Shown one piece after another: positions 9,770 through 20,222 of a DNA stretch of 64,000 nt. The DNA lies in the NCBI RefSeq assembly GCF_041248615.1, contig NZ_CP158426.1; one strand, given 5' to 3'. Origin of the DNA: Escherichia coli. Lineage in GTDB: Bacteria; Pseudomonadota; Gammaproteobacteria; Enterobacterales; Enterobacteriaceae. Position 1 is the stretch's first letter. Each line of letters opens with the position of its first letter. Under the pieces are notes generated by a model. It was not told the DNA's origin. It saw only the letters and a program-made list of their open reading frames with translations, and made no database searches. The translations under genes and the position numbers were made by a program.

Positions 9770-10231
9770 CTATCTGCACTGCTCATTAATATACTTCTGG
9801 GTTCCTTCCAGTTGTTTTTGCATAGTGATCAGCCTCTCTCTGAGGGTGAAATAATCCCGTTCAGCGGTGTCTGCCAGTCGGGGGGAGGCTGCATTATCCA
9901 CGCCGGAGGCGGTGGTGGCTTCACGCACTGACTGACAGACTGCTTTGATGTGCAACCGACGACGACCAGCGGCAACATCATCACGCAGAGCATCATTTTC
10001 AGCTTTAGCATCAGCTAACTCCTTCGTGTATTTTGCATCGAGCGCAGCAACATCACGCTGACGCATCTGCATGTCAGTAATTGCCGCGTTCGCCAGCTTC
10101 AGTTCTCTGGCATTTTTGTCGCGCTGGGCTTTGTAGGTAATGGCGTTATCACGGTAATGATTAACAGCCCATGACAGGCAGACGATGATGCAGATAACCA
10201 GAGCGGAGATAATCGCGGTGACTCTGCTCAT
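9770..10231 (-). CDS. Rz: spanin inner-membrane subunit Rz
   Basis: ORF 9770-10243; start [15 protein letters not shown] at 10231 gives 153 aa, matching lambda Rz. Confidence 0.9.
   Translation of the reverse strand: MSRVTAIISALVICIIVCLSWAVNHYRDNAITYKAQRDKNARELKLANAAITDMQMRQRDVAALDAKYTKELADAKAENDALRDDVAAGRRRLHIKAVCQSVREATTASGVDNAASPRLADTAERDYFTLRERLITMQKQLEGTQKYINEQCR
9829..10011 (-). CDS. Rz1: spanin outer-membrane lipoprotein subunit Rz1 (embedded in Rz, +1 frame)
   Basis: 60-aa ORF with lipobox VVVGC and proline-rich stretch, embedded in Rz. Confidence 0.85.
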   Translation of the reverse strand: MLKLKMMLCVMMLPLVVVGCTSKQSVSQCVKPPPPPAWIMQPPPDWQTPLNGIISPSERG

Positions 10232-10725
10232 TGCTGACCCCACAAACAGATTTCACGCTCAATCTCACGACGAGTCATGAGACCTTTCCATTGCTTACCG
10301 CCAGCATATGTCCAGCGACGTAGCTGATCACATGCGCCTTTGATATCGCCCTGGTTTATTTTGCGAAGAAGCGTCGATGTTCTGAAATTGCCAGCACCCA
10401 CGTTGTAAACGAATGAGTAAAGAGCGCCGCGCATTGTTTCCGGTATATCGACTTTGATGTACGGGTTAATTTGTCTGGCGACCGTGGCAAGGTCTTTATT
10501 CAGGAGGGCTTTGCATTCTGCTTTGGTATACGTTTTACCGAGCATGATGTCTTTTCCTGTATGCCCGTGACATACAGTCCATACACCAACAATATCTTTG
10601 TATGGTATGTAGCTGACACCTTCCAGACCATCGTTACCACTTGGGCCAGTGATTAACACTGATGCTATAGCAATTGCTCCGCCACCAATAGCAGCAGCAA
10701 CGGCTTTTCGTAATGATGGAGGCAT
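10228..10725 (-). CDS. SAR endolysin (phage 21 R21 type, T4-lysozyme fold)
   Basis: 165-aa [30 protein letters not shown]... (signal-anchor-release N-terminus) with lysozyme motifs, matching phage 21 R as I recall it. Confidence 0.9.
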   Translation of the reverse strand: MPPSLRKAVAAAIGGGAIAIASVLITGPSGNDGLEGVSYIPYKDIVGVWTVCHGHTGKDIMLGKTYTKAECKALLNKDLATVARQINPYIKVDIPETMRGALYSFVYNVGAGNFRTSTLLRKINQGDIKGACDQLRRWTYAGGKQWKGLMTRREIEREICLWGQQ

Positions 10726-10940
10726 TATTCACCTCTCGCAGCCTTGCGCTTATCTTCTTTAATCTTGAAATAAAGGTTTGTCAGGTACGTCAGCAGGCCA
10801 AATACCAGGCTACCCAGCACACCTATTGCCGCCCACTGTGAGGGCGTGACTTTATCGAGCAACTGTAAAAACCAGTACCCGGCACTACCTGCTGAGGTAC
10901 CATAGGCGACACCCGTTGTTAACTTATCCATGGATTTCAT
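10725..10940 (-). CDS. pinholin (phage 21 S21 type)
   Basis: 71-aa ORF with two TM segments and charged C-terminus, directly upstream of the SAR endolysin. Confidence 0.85.
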
Positions 10941-11528
10941 AACCCCACCTCGCAGACAAAGCGGGTGTAAATTAAGGGGATACTACGTATCGCAATAAAG
11001 GCAGAAACGTAACAGATTCGGAGTCAGTGAATAACTCAGGTATTGGGTTATCAGCTAATATCGAGACTCAAAAAATGGAAAAACCCGCTCGACGGCGGGT
11101 TTAAGCTGTGTGACGAAGTAACCACTCTTAACAGCATAACCAATTTTTTACGTACGTAAACTACTAAATGATATTTGTGAGAATGCCACCGAGTGTTCAA
11201 AACACCACCACAAATGCATAAGAAAACTTCAACAAATAACCAGTTAATAATTTCCGATGTTATTTTTAGTTTGTTTAAATTAAGCTAAAGAATTATAGAG
11301 CACTTATAAATAAGTGCCATTAATATAAATTAGCTAATAGATTTATTTTTGTTCAGACAAGAGCCATGAATAGGATTAGATAGAAAAGGTTCAGATAAAA
11401 ATAGAGATCTACTTCACAAATTAAATGAGAAACTAAAACTTACATCTTGAAATAATCACATTGATTAGATGAATATTTATCGCGCAGTGACATCATTTTT
11501 TAATAATAGTTCAAAAAAAGGGCGTACA

Positions 11529-12611
11529 ATGAAAAAATTAACAGTGGCAATTTCTGCTGTAGCTGCATCAGTACTGATGGCGATGTCTGCTCAGGCAGCT
11601 GAAATTTATAATAAAGACAGTAACAAGCTGGATCTATACGGGAAAGTTAATGCCAAGCACTACTTCTCCTCTAATGATGCAGATGATGGTGATACTACTT
11701 ATGCCCGTCTTGGCTTCAAAGGTGAAACCCAAATCAACGATCAACTGACTGGTTTCGGTCAGTGGGAATATGAATTCAAAGGCAACCGTGCTGAATCTCA
11801 AGGTTCTTCCAAAGACAAAACCCGTCTTGCATTTGCAGGCCTGAAATTTGGTGATTACGGCTCAATCGATTACGGCCGTAACTACGGTGTAGCATACGAC
11901 ATCGGTGCGTGGACTGACGTTCTGCCAGAATTCGGTGGTGATACCTGGACCCAAACAGATGTGTTCATGACTGGTCGCACTACTGGTGTTGCAACTTATC
12001 GTAACAACGACTTCTTTGGTCTGGTCGATGGCCTGAACTTTGCTGCTCAGTATCAGGGTAAAAATGACCGCACTGACGTAACTGAAGCCAATGGTGATGG
12101 TTTCGGTTTCTCCACTACTTATGAGTATGAAGGATTCGGCGTGGGTGCAACCTATGCTAAATCAGATCGCACTGACGGTCAGGTCGCCTATGGTAAGAGC
12201 AAATTCAATGCCTCCGGCAAAAATGCGGAAGTATGGGCTGCAGGCCTGAAATATGATGCGAACAATATCTATCTGGCTACCACATATTCTGAAACTCAGA
12301 ATATGACCGTTTTTGGTAATAACCATATTGCAAACAAAGCACAAAACTTTGAAGCAGTAGCACAATATCAGTTTGACTTCGGTCTGCGTCCATCTGTTGC
12401 TTACCTTCAGTCAAAAGGTAAAGACCTTGGTGTTCATGGTGACCGAGACTTAGTCAAGTATGTCGATGTCGGTGCTACTTACTACTTTAATAAAAACATG
12501 TCCACTTTTGTTGATTACAAAATCAACTTAATTGACGATAGTAAGTTTACCAAAACAGCTGGTATTGATACCGACGACATCGTCGCTGTAGGTCTGGTTT
12601 ATCAGTTCTAA
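11529..12611 (+). CDS. OmpC/OmpF-family outer-membrane porin (prophage moron, NmpC/Lc type)
   Basis: ORF 11469-12611; start [23 protein letters not shown] at 11529 (signal peptide); porin motifs and C-terminal VGLVYQF; preceded by ~350 bp of AT-rich DNA; opposite in orientation to the late operon. Confidence 0.85.
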   Translation: MKKLTVAISAVAASVLMAMSAQAAEIYNKDSNKLDLYGKVNAKHYFSSNDADDGDTTYARLGFKGETQINDQLTGFGQWEYEFKGNRAESQGSSKDKTRLAFAGLKFGDYGSIDYGRNYGVAYDIGAWTDVLPEFGGDTWTQTDVFMTGRTTGVATYRNNDFFGLVDGLNFAAQYQGKNDRTDVTEANGDGFGFSTTYEYEGFGVGATYAKSDRTDGQVAYGKSKFNASGKNAEVWAAGLKYDANNIYLATTYSETQNMTVFGNNHIANKAQNFEAVAQYQFDFGLRPSVAYLQSKGKDLGVHGDRDLVKYVDVGATYYFNKNMSTFVDYKINLIDDSKFTKTAGIDTDDIVAVGLVYQF

Positions 12612-12630
12612 TCTGACTTACGAAAAAGAT

Positions 12631-12660
12631 ATGTTGCGGGAGGCTTTGCCTCCGCAACAT
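12631..12660 (-). terminator. hairpin with T-run on the minus strand; candidate late-operon tR'
   Basis: imperfect 12-bp stem ATGTTGCGG(G)AGG / CCTCCGCAACAT; on the minus strand it is followed by ATCTTTTT. Confidence 0.4.
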
Positions 12661-12749
12661 ATAAGTGGAGCCCTCAAGCCACTTCCTTTAGAAGCACTAC
12701 CTTGCTTCTTACTATATAAACCTTCTGTTATATATTACCCTTTATTTTG

Positions 12750-12776
12750 GGGGCGTTTCCACGCCCCATTTTTAAT
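12750..12776 (+). terminator. intrinsic terminator downstream of the porin gene
   Basis: stem GGGGCGT/ACGCCCC with loop TTCC followed by ATTTTTAAT on the plus strand. Confidence 0.5.
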
Positions 12777-12799
12777 AACTTTTAGTAAACAATTGCATA

Positions 12800-13183
12800 T
12801 CAATTAGAATTATTAGCAACGATATCCATATCTAACCGGATATCTAATGCCATTAACATCCCTTCAATTATGCCCTCAGCCTTCTGTAACCTTTTCCCGA
12901 TATAACCATCCGAGCAGCAATGCTTACTTGCCAGTGACATGAATGTCATACCACATACATAATAATCTACTAATAAATCGTGTAAATCGCTGTTGTTCTT
13001 TTTCAGACGGGCCATGCACCCGCAAATGATCATCGCGTCATCGTCACAACATTGCGGGCGAGATTTTACTTTTGAAGGAATTAATCCCTTAAAACCGGCG
13101 GCAATGGACGACCAGGTCACATCTTCATGATTATTAGCCGCCCACGCACCCCAACGCTCAAGAACCATCTGAATATCACGCAT
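12800..13183 (-). CDS. late antiterminator Q (DLP12 QuuD / phage 21 type)
   Basis: ORF 12800-13198; start [21 protein letters not shown] at 13183 gives 127 aa, matching QuuD-type Q as I recall it. Confidence 0.85.
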   Translation of the reverse strand: MRDIQMVLERWGAWAANNHEDVTWSSIAAGFKGLIPSKVKSRPQCCDDDAMIICGCMARLKKNNSDLHDLLVDYYVCGMTFMSLASKHCCSDGYIGKRLQKAEGIIEGMLMALDIRLDMDIVANNSN

Positions 13184-13268
13184 CAACTTACTCCACAAAA
13201 ATCAGACCAGAACGCCAATTACAAGCAAAAATCAACAAAACAGTATTAGTTGATTGTTATCTCTGACT

Positions 13269-13391
13269 TCATACTCCTGTTCCTGTCAGGGTTTTGGCGT
13301 AATTCTTCAGTATTCGGTAATCGGTCAAAACAGAACCGAGGAAACGATATAAGCGCAGACGCCCCCAGCGGTGGCGAAGAAGTTCTGCCAT
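13269..13391 (-). CDS. small YlcG-like ORF between rusA and Q
   Basis: 40-codon minus-strand ORF MAELLRHRWGRLRLYRF... starting 14 nt after the rusA stop; below the ORF-track length cutoff; resembles DLP12 ylcG from memory. Confidence 0.4.
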   Translation of the reverse strand: MAELLRHRWGRLRLYRFLGSVLTDYRILKNYAKTLTGTGV

Positions 13392-13405
13392 ATTAAACTC
13401 AAACA

Positions 13406-13768
13406 TCATTCATTCCCCATTTCGGTGATGGTCAGTTCCAGCCTCCCACCTTTGGTAACAGGCATCTTCACAACGCGGTAATCAACGACCTGAGCATCAT
13501 CCAGCCAGAAACCTGCTTTAGTGAGTGCGTCAAAAGCGGCTTTTTGCAGATTATCCAGGTCACGGCGACGGCGATCCGGCATGTGGCACTCAATGCGGAT
13601 TTTCACAGGCATAGCCAGGCCGATATCCAGCATTGCGTTTTTAATGATTCGGGCGACGTTATCGCGGTATGCCTGCCCCTCTGCGCTGACGTGCGTGCGC
13701 CCGCGATTATGGCGGTAATAGCGATTATTGCTCGGAGGCCAGGGTAATGTGATGCTGTAGGTATTCAC
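13406..13768 (-). CDS. rusA: Holliday-junction resolvase RusA
   Basis: 120-aa ORF; RusA-family motifs; position between nin genes and Q. Confidence 0.9.
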   Translation of the reverse strand: MNTYSITLPWPPSNNRYYRHNRGRTHVSAEGQAYRDNVARIIKNAMLDIGLAMPVKIRIECHMPDRRRRDLDNLQKAAFDALTKAGFWLDDAQVVDYRVVKMPVTKGGRLELTITEMGNE

Positions 13769-13974
13769 GCCTTAATAACCCCCTCTTTCAGCCACATAAC
13801 CTGTGTTCTCGCCATACCTTCCAGCGCGCATTCTTTTGCATATGCAGCATCGACTTGCTTGGCATGCCCTTTACCGGCAATCTTCTGTATGCGCTAAACC
13901 TAGATAGAATCCACTCTGTGCACATTGAAGCCCGCTCTATGCTTTCTTTCAGGTATTGAAGGGATTGAGATGGG

Positions 13975-14358
13975 CTAAGCATTATTGGCCTCCTGCATCA
14001 GGAGAAAGACAATCATGGCGGCGCGGAGAGGTCTGGTATCAAATATTGGGCTTACGCCTTTTGCATCCACACACCATTCAGTTAACTGGTCTAAGATAGA
14101 AATCCTGTATTTCTCAATAATCGGCCATGAAGCGCTCGGATCATTGCAGTAGTCAGGCAAATGATTTAATGGCTCAAAAGTTGTATCAGCATTTCCGTAA
14201 TACCATTTGTTGGTGTTATTCCCTGATGTTTCCGGTTTACTTGCCCAAAGGCCTTTAAAAATTATGTCTCCTACCATTCTGTTAATTTCAAAATCACTTA
14301 ACTGTGAATAATCCATTGTCATTTCCTCGCACGATATCTTAGCCACCGGATATCCCAC
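13975..14358 (-). CDS. hypothetical nin-region phage protein
   Basis: 127-aa ORF in operon context; start uncertain (MTMDYSQL... possible); no family assigned. Confidence 0.5.
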   Translation of the reverse strand: MGYPVAKISCEEMTMDYSQLSDFEINRMVGDIIFKGLWASKPETSGNNTNKWYYGNADTTFEPLNHLPDYCNDPSASWPIIEKYRISILDQLTEWCVDAKGVSPIFDTRPLRAAMIVFLLMQEANNA

Positions 14359-14495
14359 AGGTGGGCTGTGTAATTGAAGGTTTTTACGTCAGATTCTTTT
14401 GGGATTAGCTTGCGTTTATTTCTGGAGCGTTTCGTTGGAAGGTATTTGCAGTTTTCGCAGATTATGTCGGTGATGCTTCGTCGCTGTCGTCTCAT
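14319..14495 (-). CDS. small hypothetical protein with CxxC motif
   Basis: internal start [18 protein letters not shown]... immediately after the methyltransferase stop. Confidence 0.3.
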   Translation of the reverse strand: MRRQRRSITDIICENCKYLPTKRSRNKRKLIPKESDVKTFNYTAHLWDIRWLRYRARK

Positions 14496-15019
14496 GCAGC
14501 CCTCCTGACGCCCTGCCCGATCGCCATCAATGCCGCTTTGGATACGGTAGTAAACATCCGTCGAGGACTGATGAACGGTCGCCAAATCAGCAGCATGGAG
14601 CCTTTGCTGTTTCCCTTCTTCTCCAGCCCTGTCGATGGTTCGATAAAATTAATCCGTCCATCAGTGATAATACGAACTTCGTCAACACTCTCCAGAGCCT
14701 TGCTGAACCATCCGACAGACATATCCTCTGGCACAAGCATCACTACCGTCTGTCGCTGTTGTATACACTGCTCAGCGGCTTTTTCCACCCACGGCCTGAT
14801 ATTGCTGTACGGTGGGTTATTCCAGATTGCACCGTGGCTTACCCACTCAGAATTGAGCGCGTCGTCGTCCTCAGTTAGCCAGTGAGCGCACAGAGCATTT
14901 TTGTCGCTCGCTGCCGAATCCAGCCAGAATCCAAACTCAATATCCAGTGCATCAAAAAGCCAAAGCGGCGTTTGCCAGCAGTCCTTGTCGTGTGCTGGCG
15001 TATTTGATTTGATAGTCAT
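14492..15019 (-). CDS. phage DNA N6-adenine methyltransferase (Dam-like)
   Basis: ORF 14492-15079; start [22 protein letters not shown] at 15019 directly after the ninB stop; NPPY catalytic motif. Confidence 0.6.
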   Translation of the reverse strand: MTIKSNTPAHDKDCWQTPLWLFDALDIEFGFWLDSAASDKNALCAHWLTEDDDALNSEWVSHGAIWNNPPYSNIRPWVEKAAEQCIQQRQTVVMLVPEDMSVGWFSKALESVDEVRIITDGRINFIEPSTGLEKKGNSKGSMLLIWRPFISPRRMFTTVSKAALMAIGQGVRRAA

Positions 15020-15456
15020 GCAGCCCGATCTCCCCATCGCGCTTTCCATTCGAGAGCCAGTCGCGCTTCGTCTGACCACTTAACGCCACGCTCTGTACCG
15101 AATGCCTGTATAAGCTCTAATAGCTCCGCAAATTCGCTTACACGCATCCTGCTGGTTGACTGGCCTATTACCACAAAGCCATTCCCGGCAAGGTTAGGAA
15201 CAACATCCTGCTGCTTTAATGCTGCGGTAAACACACACTTCCAGCTTTCTGCATCCAGCCAGCGACCATGCCATTCAACCTGACGAGAGACGTCACCTAA
15301 GCAGGCCCATAGCTTCCTGTTTTGGTCTAAGCTGCGGTTGCGTTCCTGAATGGTTACTACGATTGGTTTGGTTGGGTCTGGAAGGATTTGCTGTACTGCG
15401 TGAATAGCGTTTTGCTGATGTGCCGGAGATCGAATTTCAAAGGTTAGTTTTTTCAT
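15016..15456 (-). CDS. ninB: recombination protein NinB
   Basis: start MKKLTFEIRSPAHQQNAIHAV gives 146 aa, matching lambda NinB as I recall it. Confidence 0.85.
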   Translation of the reverse strand: MKKLTFEIRSPAHQQNAIHAVQQILPDPTKPIVVTIQERNRSLDQNRKLWACLGDVSRQVEWHGRWLDAESWKCVFTAALKQQDVVPNLAGNGFVVIGQSTSRMRVSEFAELLELIQAFGTERGVKWSDEARLALEWKARWGDRAA

Positions 15457-15529
15457 GACTTCCCTCTCCCCCAAATAAAAAGGCCTGCGATTACCTGCAG
15501 GCCTGTTATTAGCTCAGTGATGTAGATGG

Positions 15530-15820
15530 TCATCTTTTAACTCCATATACCGCCAATATCCGTTTCATCGTGGCACTCTGGCGACACTCCTTAAAAATCA
15601 GGTTCGTGCTCATCTTTCCTTCCCGTTCTTCCTTGGTAGCAAACCGGTAATACACCGTTCGCCAGACCTTACCTTCGATAACCAGAAGACCTGCCCGTGC
15701 CATTTTAGCCGCGGCCTGATTTATGCTGGTTACTGTTGCGCCTGTTAGCGCGGCAACGTCCGGCGCACAGAAGCTATTATGCGTCCCCAGGTAATGAATA
15801 ATTGCCTCTTTGCCCGTCAT
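15530..15820 (-). CDS. ren: Ren (Rex-exclusion escape protein)
   Basis: 96-aa ORF MTGKEAIIHYLGTHNSF..., lambda Ren. Confidence 0.85.
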   Translation of the reverse strand: MTGKEAIIHYLGTHNSFCAPDVAALTGATVTSINQAAAKMARAGLLVIEGKVWRTVYYRFATKEEREGKMSTNLIFKECRQSATMKRILAVYGVKR

Positions 15821-16518
15821 ACACTTGCTCCTTTCAGTCCTAACTTAGCTTTAATTTCTGCGATCTTCGCCAGCGCCTGAACACGATTTAGAGGTCTGCC
15901 GCCCATGACAGGAAGTTGTTTTACTGGTTCAGGTATCGTCTCACCACGGTTAATTCGCGCTGTCATACAGGTCAGTTCATCGGCAGCCTTGCGTCGTAAT
16001 TCCGCGTCAGTCAGCGCATTGGCCCGCATGTTCTGGTACAGGTTGGTAACCAGCCAGTAGTGCGCGTTCGATTTCCACGGATAAGACTCTGCATCCGGAT
16101 ACAGGCCTCGCTTCCGGCAATACTCGTAAACCATATCAACCAGCTCGCTGACGTTTGGCAGTCCGGCGATAACGGATGCTTCTTCCCGGCACCATGCAAC
16201 AAACTGCCCGGGTGATGGCAGAAATGGTCGATTCTGCCGACGGGCTACGCGCATTCCTGCGTTAACCTGTTCCATTGTGGTGATCCCGTTTTCCCGGAAA
16301 GCCAGAACCCACTGGCGGCGGATTTCGTTCAGTTCGTTCTGGTCACGGTTAGCCAGACTCGCCGGGAAAGTTGCCAGTAACTGGCTGAACACACCGTTGA
16401 TGATCTGCGCTACCTGCTGTACCTGCGGCTTTTCGTCGTACTGTTCCGGCATGTTGTTGGCGATCCGACGCATCTGCTCACGGTCAAAATTAACCATCTG
16501 TGCGGCGATGTTTTTCAT
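15817..16518 (-). CDS. P: replication protein P (DnaB loader)
   Basis: 233-aa ORF matching lambda gpP. Confidence 0.9.
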   Translation of the reverse strand: MKNIAAQMVNFDREQMRRIANNMPEQYDEKPQVQQVAQIINGVFSQLLATFPASLANRDQNELNEIRRQWVLAFRENGITTMEQVNAGMRVARRQNRPFLPSPGQFVAWCREEASVIAGLPNVSELVDMVYEYCRKRGLYPDAESYPWKSNAHYWLVTNLYQNMRANALTDAELRRKAADELTCMTARINRGETIPEPVKQLPVMGGRPLNRVQALAKIAEIKAKLGLKGASV

Positions 16519-17414
16519 AAATCCACCCCGTAAATCCAGTCAGTGTTTGTCAGGTCGAGTTTTGGTTTGCAGGCTGTCACACCTGCCTGTTGCTTGTTAC
16601 GGTTGATTTCGAGCTGGGTCCACTTGTCGCGGAGTTTGGCCGGGCTCAGCACGTTACCGGACCAGAAGTTGTCCTGGCATGCCCAGCGGAACAGTACACA
16701 CATGTCGCGATGGTTACGTCCGTCACGTTCACGCATCAGGCGGATATCGTTAGCCCACCCTGCAAAATTCGGTTTTCTGGCTGATGGCGCGATGGTCTTC
16801 ACCATGTCAAACATCCATTCTGCGGCGGTCAGGTCTTCTGCTGTCCCCCACTTGCTGCCGCTCTGAATTGCAGCATCCGGTTTCACCACAGAAAGGTCGT
16901 TTTCTGGCTGGTCAGAGGATTCGCCAGAATTCTCTGACGAATAATCTTTTCTTTTTTCTTTTGTAATAGTGTCTTTTGTGTCCCCCTGTTTTGAGGGATA
17001 GCAATCCCCCAATTTGAGGGATGTTTTATCCCTCGTTTTAGGGGATTTTCCCTCGTTTTGAGGGATACACCATTCTGAGATGTTTTTATTTGGTCCAAAC
17101 ATGCCGCCTTGCTGCTTGATAATATTCATTCTGACGAGTTCTAACTTGGCTTCATTGCACCGTTTGACGGGTAACTTTGTAATCTCGCTAAGTTGAGAAT
17201 CGGTGATTCTGTCCATTGGTTTATTCCATCCATAGGTTTTACGCAGAATGGCAAGCAGCACTTTAAACTGTCGCTTGGTCAGATCTGCGCCTGAATAAGC
17301 CTCAAGCAGCATATTTGATAGTCTGGCGTAACCATCATCGAGATCTGCCACATTACGCTCCTGTTTGGCAAAGTTACCTCTGCAGAAGTTGAGTATTTTT
17401 GCTGTATTTGTCAT
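16515..17414 (-). CDS. O: replication initiator O
   Basis: 299-aa ORF matching lambda gpO; contains the ori iterons. Confidence 0.9.
   Translation of the reverse strand: MTNTAKILNFCRGNFAKQERNVADLDDGYARLSNMLLEAYSGADLTKRQFKVLLAILRKTYGWNKPMDRITDSQLSEITKLPVKRCNEAKLELVRMNIIKQQGGMFGPNKNISEWCIPQNEGKSPKTRDKTSLKLGDCYPSKQGDTKDTITKEKRKDYSSENSGESSDQPENDLSVVKPDAAIQSGSKWGTAEDLTAAEWMFDMVKTIAPSARKPNFAGWANDIRLMRERDGRNHRDMCVLFRWACQDNFWSGNVLSPAKLRDKWTQLEINRNKQQAGVTACKPKLDLTNTDWIYGVDL
16981..17067. repeat. ori-lambda iterons (four ~19-bp O-binding repeats) with adjacent AT-rich region (16925-16980)
   Basis: four copies of the CCCTC(N4-6)GAGGGA-type inverted motif (e.g. TCCCCCTGTTTTGAGGGATA) inside the O gene. 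Confidence 0.85.
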
Positions 17415-17446
17415 AATGACTCCTGTGGATTGATCCAGTAATGACC

Positions 17447-17743
17447 TCAGAATTCCATCTGGATTTGTTCAGAACGCTCGGTTGCCGCCGGGCGTTTTTT
17501 ATTGGTGAGTCCATCAAGCGCATACTTAAAAGCCCTGCTAATCGGACTGATGTCTGATGCCATTCCGAAAGCACACAAGACCGAAGCAATAAATCTCCAG
17601 TCCGTTCTGCTTATCTTCGATTCATGACAGCCAATCATCTTTGCCAGACCGCGCTGGGTAATAGCTGACAGATTGATAAGTAAATCTGTTTCTGCGCGAT
17701 CAACGTCACGCTGTGATAGTTTGCTGTAACTTGTTCTTTCCAT
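17447..17743 (-). CDS. cII: CII transcriptional activator (mosaic: non-lambda N-terminal part, lambda-identical C-terminal tail)
   Basis: 98-aa ORF ending LTNKKRPAATERSEQIQMEF as lambda CII; N-terminal 75 residues differ. Confidence 0.8.
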   Translation of the reverse strand: MERTSYSKLSQRDVDRAETDLLINLSAITQRGLAKMIGCHESKISRTDWRFIASVLCAFGMASDISPISRAFKYALDGLTNKKRPAATERSEQIQMEF

Positions 17744-17828
17744 TTCTTAAGATTTCCAATAGTGAATAGTTAGTTGAAAGGTATGCGTGGAAACGCATAT
17801 GGCCTTAGTTGGTCAGATATCTTGGAAC

Positions 17829-17874
17829 TCGCTTTTCAGCGACGTAGGACGAATGTCCGTTGTTACAAAGAGCG
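17829..17874 (-). promoter_or_regulatory. candidate nutR (boxA CGCTCTTTGTAACAA, boxB hairpin TCGCTGAAAAGCGA on the minus strand)
   Basis: located just downstream of cro on the minus strand; boxB has the same GCTGAAAAGC core as the nutL candidate. Confidence 0.5.
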
Positions 17875-17884
17875 GATCCGCTTA

Positions 17885-18100
17885 TTAAGCGGCTTTGTGT
17901 TCCGGCGGGAACACGTCATCAAGACTGACTTTTGCGCCTAACTTGTTTAGGCACGCAACAAGAGCACGGCATGTTTTAAGGTCTGGGAAGCGACGACCAG
18001 ATTCCCAATGTCCGATAGCTCCCTGTGTGCATCCAACTGCCTTAGCAAGTGTTGTTTGAGAGATATTCAGTGACTCTCGATATTTTCGTAGGTTGCTCAT
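17885..18100 (-). CDS. cro: Cro-like repressor (XRE-family HTH)
   Basis: ORF 17885-18271; start MSNLRKYRESLNISQTTLAKAVGCTQGAIGHW at 18100 gives 71 aa; divergent from cI. Confidence 0.75.
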   Translation of the reverse strand: MSNLRKYRESLNISQTTLAKAVGCTQGAIGHWESGRRFPDLKTCRALVACLNKLGAKVSLDDVFPPEHKAA

Positions 18101-18217
18101 ATGCCCTCCATAGTAAACACGAATAAAAAAATACAATATGTACTTTGCGAATACAAGTAAAAATACACATTGTGCATGGATGGTTCCAGTACAGAGCGTA
18201 ATAATAAGGACATGAAA
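18101..18217. promoter_or_regulatory. OR operator region with divergent PR and PRM promoters
   Basis: 117-bp AT-rich intergenic region between divergent cro and cI; contains TACAATATGTACTTTG, which shares AAGTACATAT with an OL-region element. Confidence 0.6.
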
Positions 18218-18871
18218 ATGAAATGGTATGAACTGGCTAGATCCAGAATGAAAGAGCTCGGCATAACTCAAGAGAAGTTAGCCGAAGAGCTAGGTATGAC
18301 GCAGGGTGGGATTGGACACTGGTTGCGCGGATCTCGTCATCCATCTCTTAGTGATATTGGTGTGGTGTTTAAATACCTTGGTATTGATAACATATCATTC
18401 AACCACGACGGGACATTTTCACCTGTTGGCGAATACTCATCGGCCCCAGTTAAAAAACAATATGAGTACCCTGTTTTTTCTCATGTTCAGGCTGGGATGT
18501 TCTCTCCAGAACTCAGAACCTTTACCAAAGGCGATGCGGAGAGATTGGTAAGCACAACCAAAAAAGCCAGTGACTCTGCATTCTGGCTTGAGGTTGAAGG
18601 TAACTCAATGACCGCACCAACAGGTTCCAAACCCAGCTTTCCTGACGGGATGTTAATTCTGGTTGACCCTGAGCAAGCTGTTGAGCCCGGCGATTTCTGC
18701 ATAGCCAGACTTGGTGGTGATGAATTTACCTTCAAGAAACTGATCAGGGATAGCGGTCAGGTGTTTCTACAGCCACTAAACCCACAATACCCAATGATCC
18801 CATGCAATGAGAGTTGTTCCGTTGTGGGGAAAGTTATCGCCAGCCAATGGCCTGAAGAGACGTTTGGGTGA
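18218..18871 (+). CDS. cI: CI repressor (non-lambda N-terminal HTH domain, lambda-type C-terminal S24 autocleavage domain)
   Basis: ORF 18170-18871; preferred start ATG 18218 (AAGGA 7 nt upstream; ATG 18212 also possible); C-terminal ~140 aa match lambda CI as I recall it; [11 protein letters not shown] parallels Cro TQGAIGHW. Confidence 0.85.
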   Translation: MKWYELARSRMKELGITQEKLAEELGMTQGGIGHWLRGSRHPSLSDIGVVFKYLGIDNISFNHDGTFSPVGEYSSAPVKKQYEYPVFSHVQAGMFSPELRTFTKGDAERLVSTTKKASDSAFWLEVEGNSMTAPTGSKPSFPDGMLILVDPEQAVEPGDFCIARLGGDEFTFKKLIRDSGQVFLQPLNPQYPMIPCNESCSVVGKVIASQWPEETFG

Positions 18872-18910
18872 TGAAACCACTTTTATCTACAATTTACAGG
18901 GCGGTAAACA

Positions 18911-19468
18911 TTGGCAAAAATAGATGATTATCAGCCAAGCCAAGTAGAAGTTGATAAAGTACTTTATTGTAAAAAAATAGTTAACTTTTCTGGCGTTAAA
19001 TGGAAACAGAAACCAAGTCGCTCTGATATGTGGCTACAAGCCCATATCATCCCCTTGGATGAGGATTGTATACCTATACAAGGGCTAAAGTTTGAACTGA
19101 AATGGAAACCAGATCAGGATTCAGAACCTGATGACCCGATTTCTTACCCTAAAATAAATATTATTGCTTTCTATCATAACAAGAGGGTTTTCGCGGTAGA
19201 TACCTATCACTTTGACAAACACACGAATAGTTACAAGGTCGATCATCCGAAGTACCAAGATATCATTTACGGTGCTCACTACCATGTATACTATGAAGAA
19301 GCTGGATACTATAGTGATAGAATAGCGTTTCCAATCGAAGATGACATAAACCCAGATGACCTGGTAGGGTATTGGAATTACTTCTGTAAACATCTGAACA
19401 TAACTTACTCTGGGAGAATACCTTTACCGCTTGAAGATGAGTCGGGGCAAATGGGGTTTGGAATATGA
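18911..19468 (+). CDS. hypothetical protein A of the cI-proximal insert (rexA position)
   Basis: 185-aa ORF, probable TTG start, AT-rich codon usage, no family recognised, no obvious TM segments. Confidence 0.6.
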   Translation: MAKIDDYQPSQVEVDKVLYCKKIVNFSGVKWKQKPSRSDMWLQAHIIPLDEDCIPIQGLKFELKWKPDQDSEPDDPISYPKINIIAFYHNKRVFAVDTYHFDKHTNSYKVDHPKYQDIIYGAHYHVYYEEAGYYSDRIAFPIEDDINPDDLVGYWNYFCKHLNITYSGRIPLPLEDESGQMGFGI

Positions 19469-20217
19469 TGTGCTCAACAGTGATCTCACAACTAGGTTTC
19501 GAATGCCATCCAATAGGCAAGACCTTGAGAATTATCAGTCCATTCACTTACTGTGATGATGGAGAGCATGTCGGTGCCTTTATCCGTGAAGTCAATGGTA
19601 GGTATTTAGTTAGTGACAGATGCGATGCCTTAATGAATATGGAGGCAAGAGGGATCTCGCTTACCAAAAAACGACTTGATGAGATACGACAATTACTGCT
19701 TAAAGAAGGCGCAGAACTCAATGCTCGAGGAGAAATCATTGCTTGGGCAACAGAAAAGGATGTCGGTGCGATTACATCGAACATAATTAGAGCTGGTATA
19801 CTCGCATCAACTTTGTCGTTAGACTGGTATCAGCCAGTTCAAGCTGAAAAGTTTGAAAGTATGGTTATTGATTATCTATATCACACAGAGCTTAGAGACG
19901 CACTTTCTCTTCGTGAAAACGTATATGGCTTGAGTGGACATCAAATTACCGTCCCTGTAACAATAAAAACCGACATACCTAAATACGTTTTTACATCAAG
20001 CGTGAAACACGGAGGAAGCTGGAATAGTGCTTACTCATTGCTTGGGAAACTAATTGATCTTAAAGCTTCAAGTGAGGAGTATAACAACAGATTTGTTGTT
20101 ATAGACAGCGAAGCAATTGGTGATCAAATGCAACAACTCTCCTTACTCTTCCATGAATCAAGCCAAGTTCTACCATTCTCCAAAAGAGAGACTTGGGTTA
20201 AGAGACTTGCAGCATAA
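19465..20217 (+). CDS. hypothetical protein B of the cI-proximal insert (rexB position)
   Basis: 250-aa ORF with ATGATG start overlapping the stop of ORF A (ATGA overlap); AT-rich; no family recognised. Confidence 0.65.
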   Translation: MMCSTVISQLGFECHPIGKTLRIISPFTYCDDGEHVGAFIREVNGRYLVSDRCDALMNMEARGISLTKKRLDEIRQLLLKEGAELNARGEIIAWATEKDVGAITSNIIRAGILASTLSLDWYQPVQAEKFESMVIDYLYHTELRDALSLRENVYGLSGHQITVPVTIKTDIPKYVFTSSVKHGGSWNSAYSLLGKLIDLKASSEEYNNRFVVIDSEAIGDQMQQLSLLFHESSQVLPFSKRETWVKRLAA

Positions 20218-20222
20218 TACAA

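Noticed and set aside
13788-13982. 64-aa minus-strand ORF between rusA and the upstream nin ORF
   Set aside because: No recognisable start context or family; may be coding but evidence is insufficient.
16981-17067. Possible CRISPR-like short repeats
   Set aside because: These are the four ori iterons inside gene O; no spacer-repeat array architecture and no cas genes anywhere in the window.
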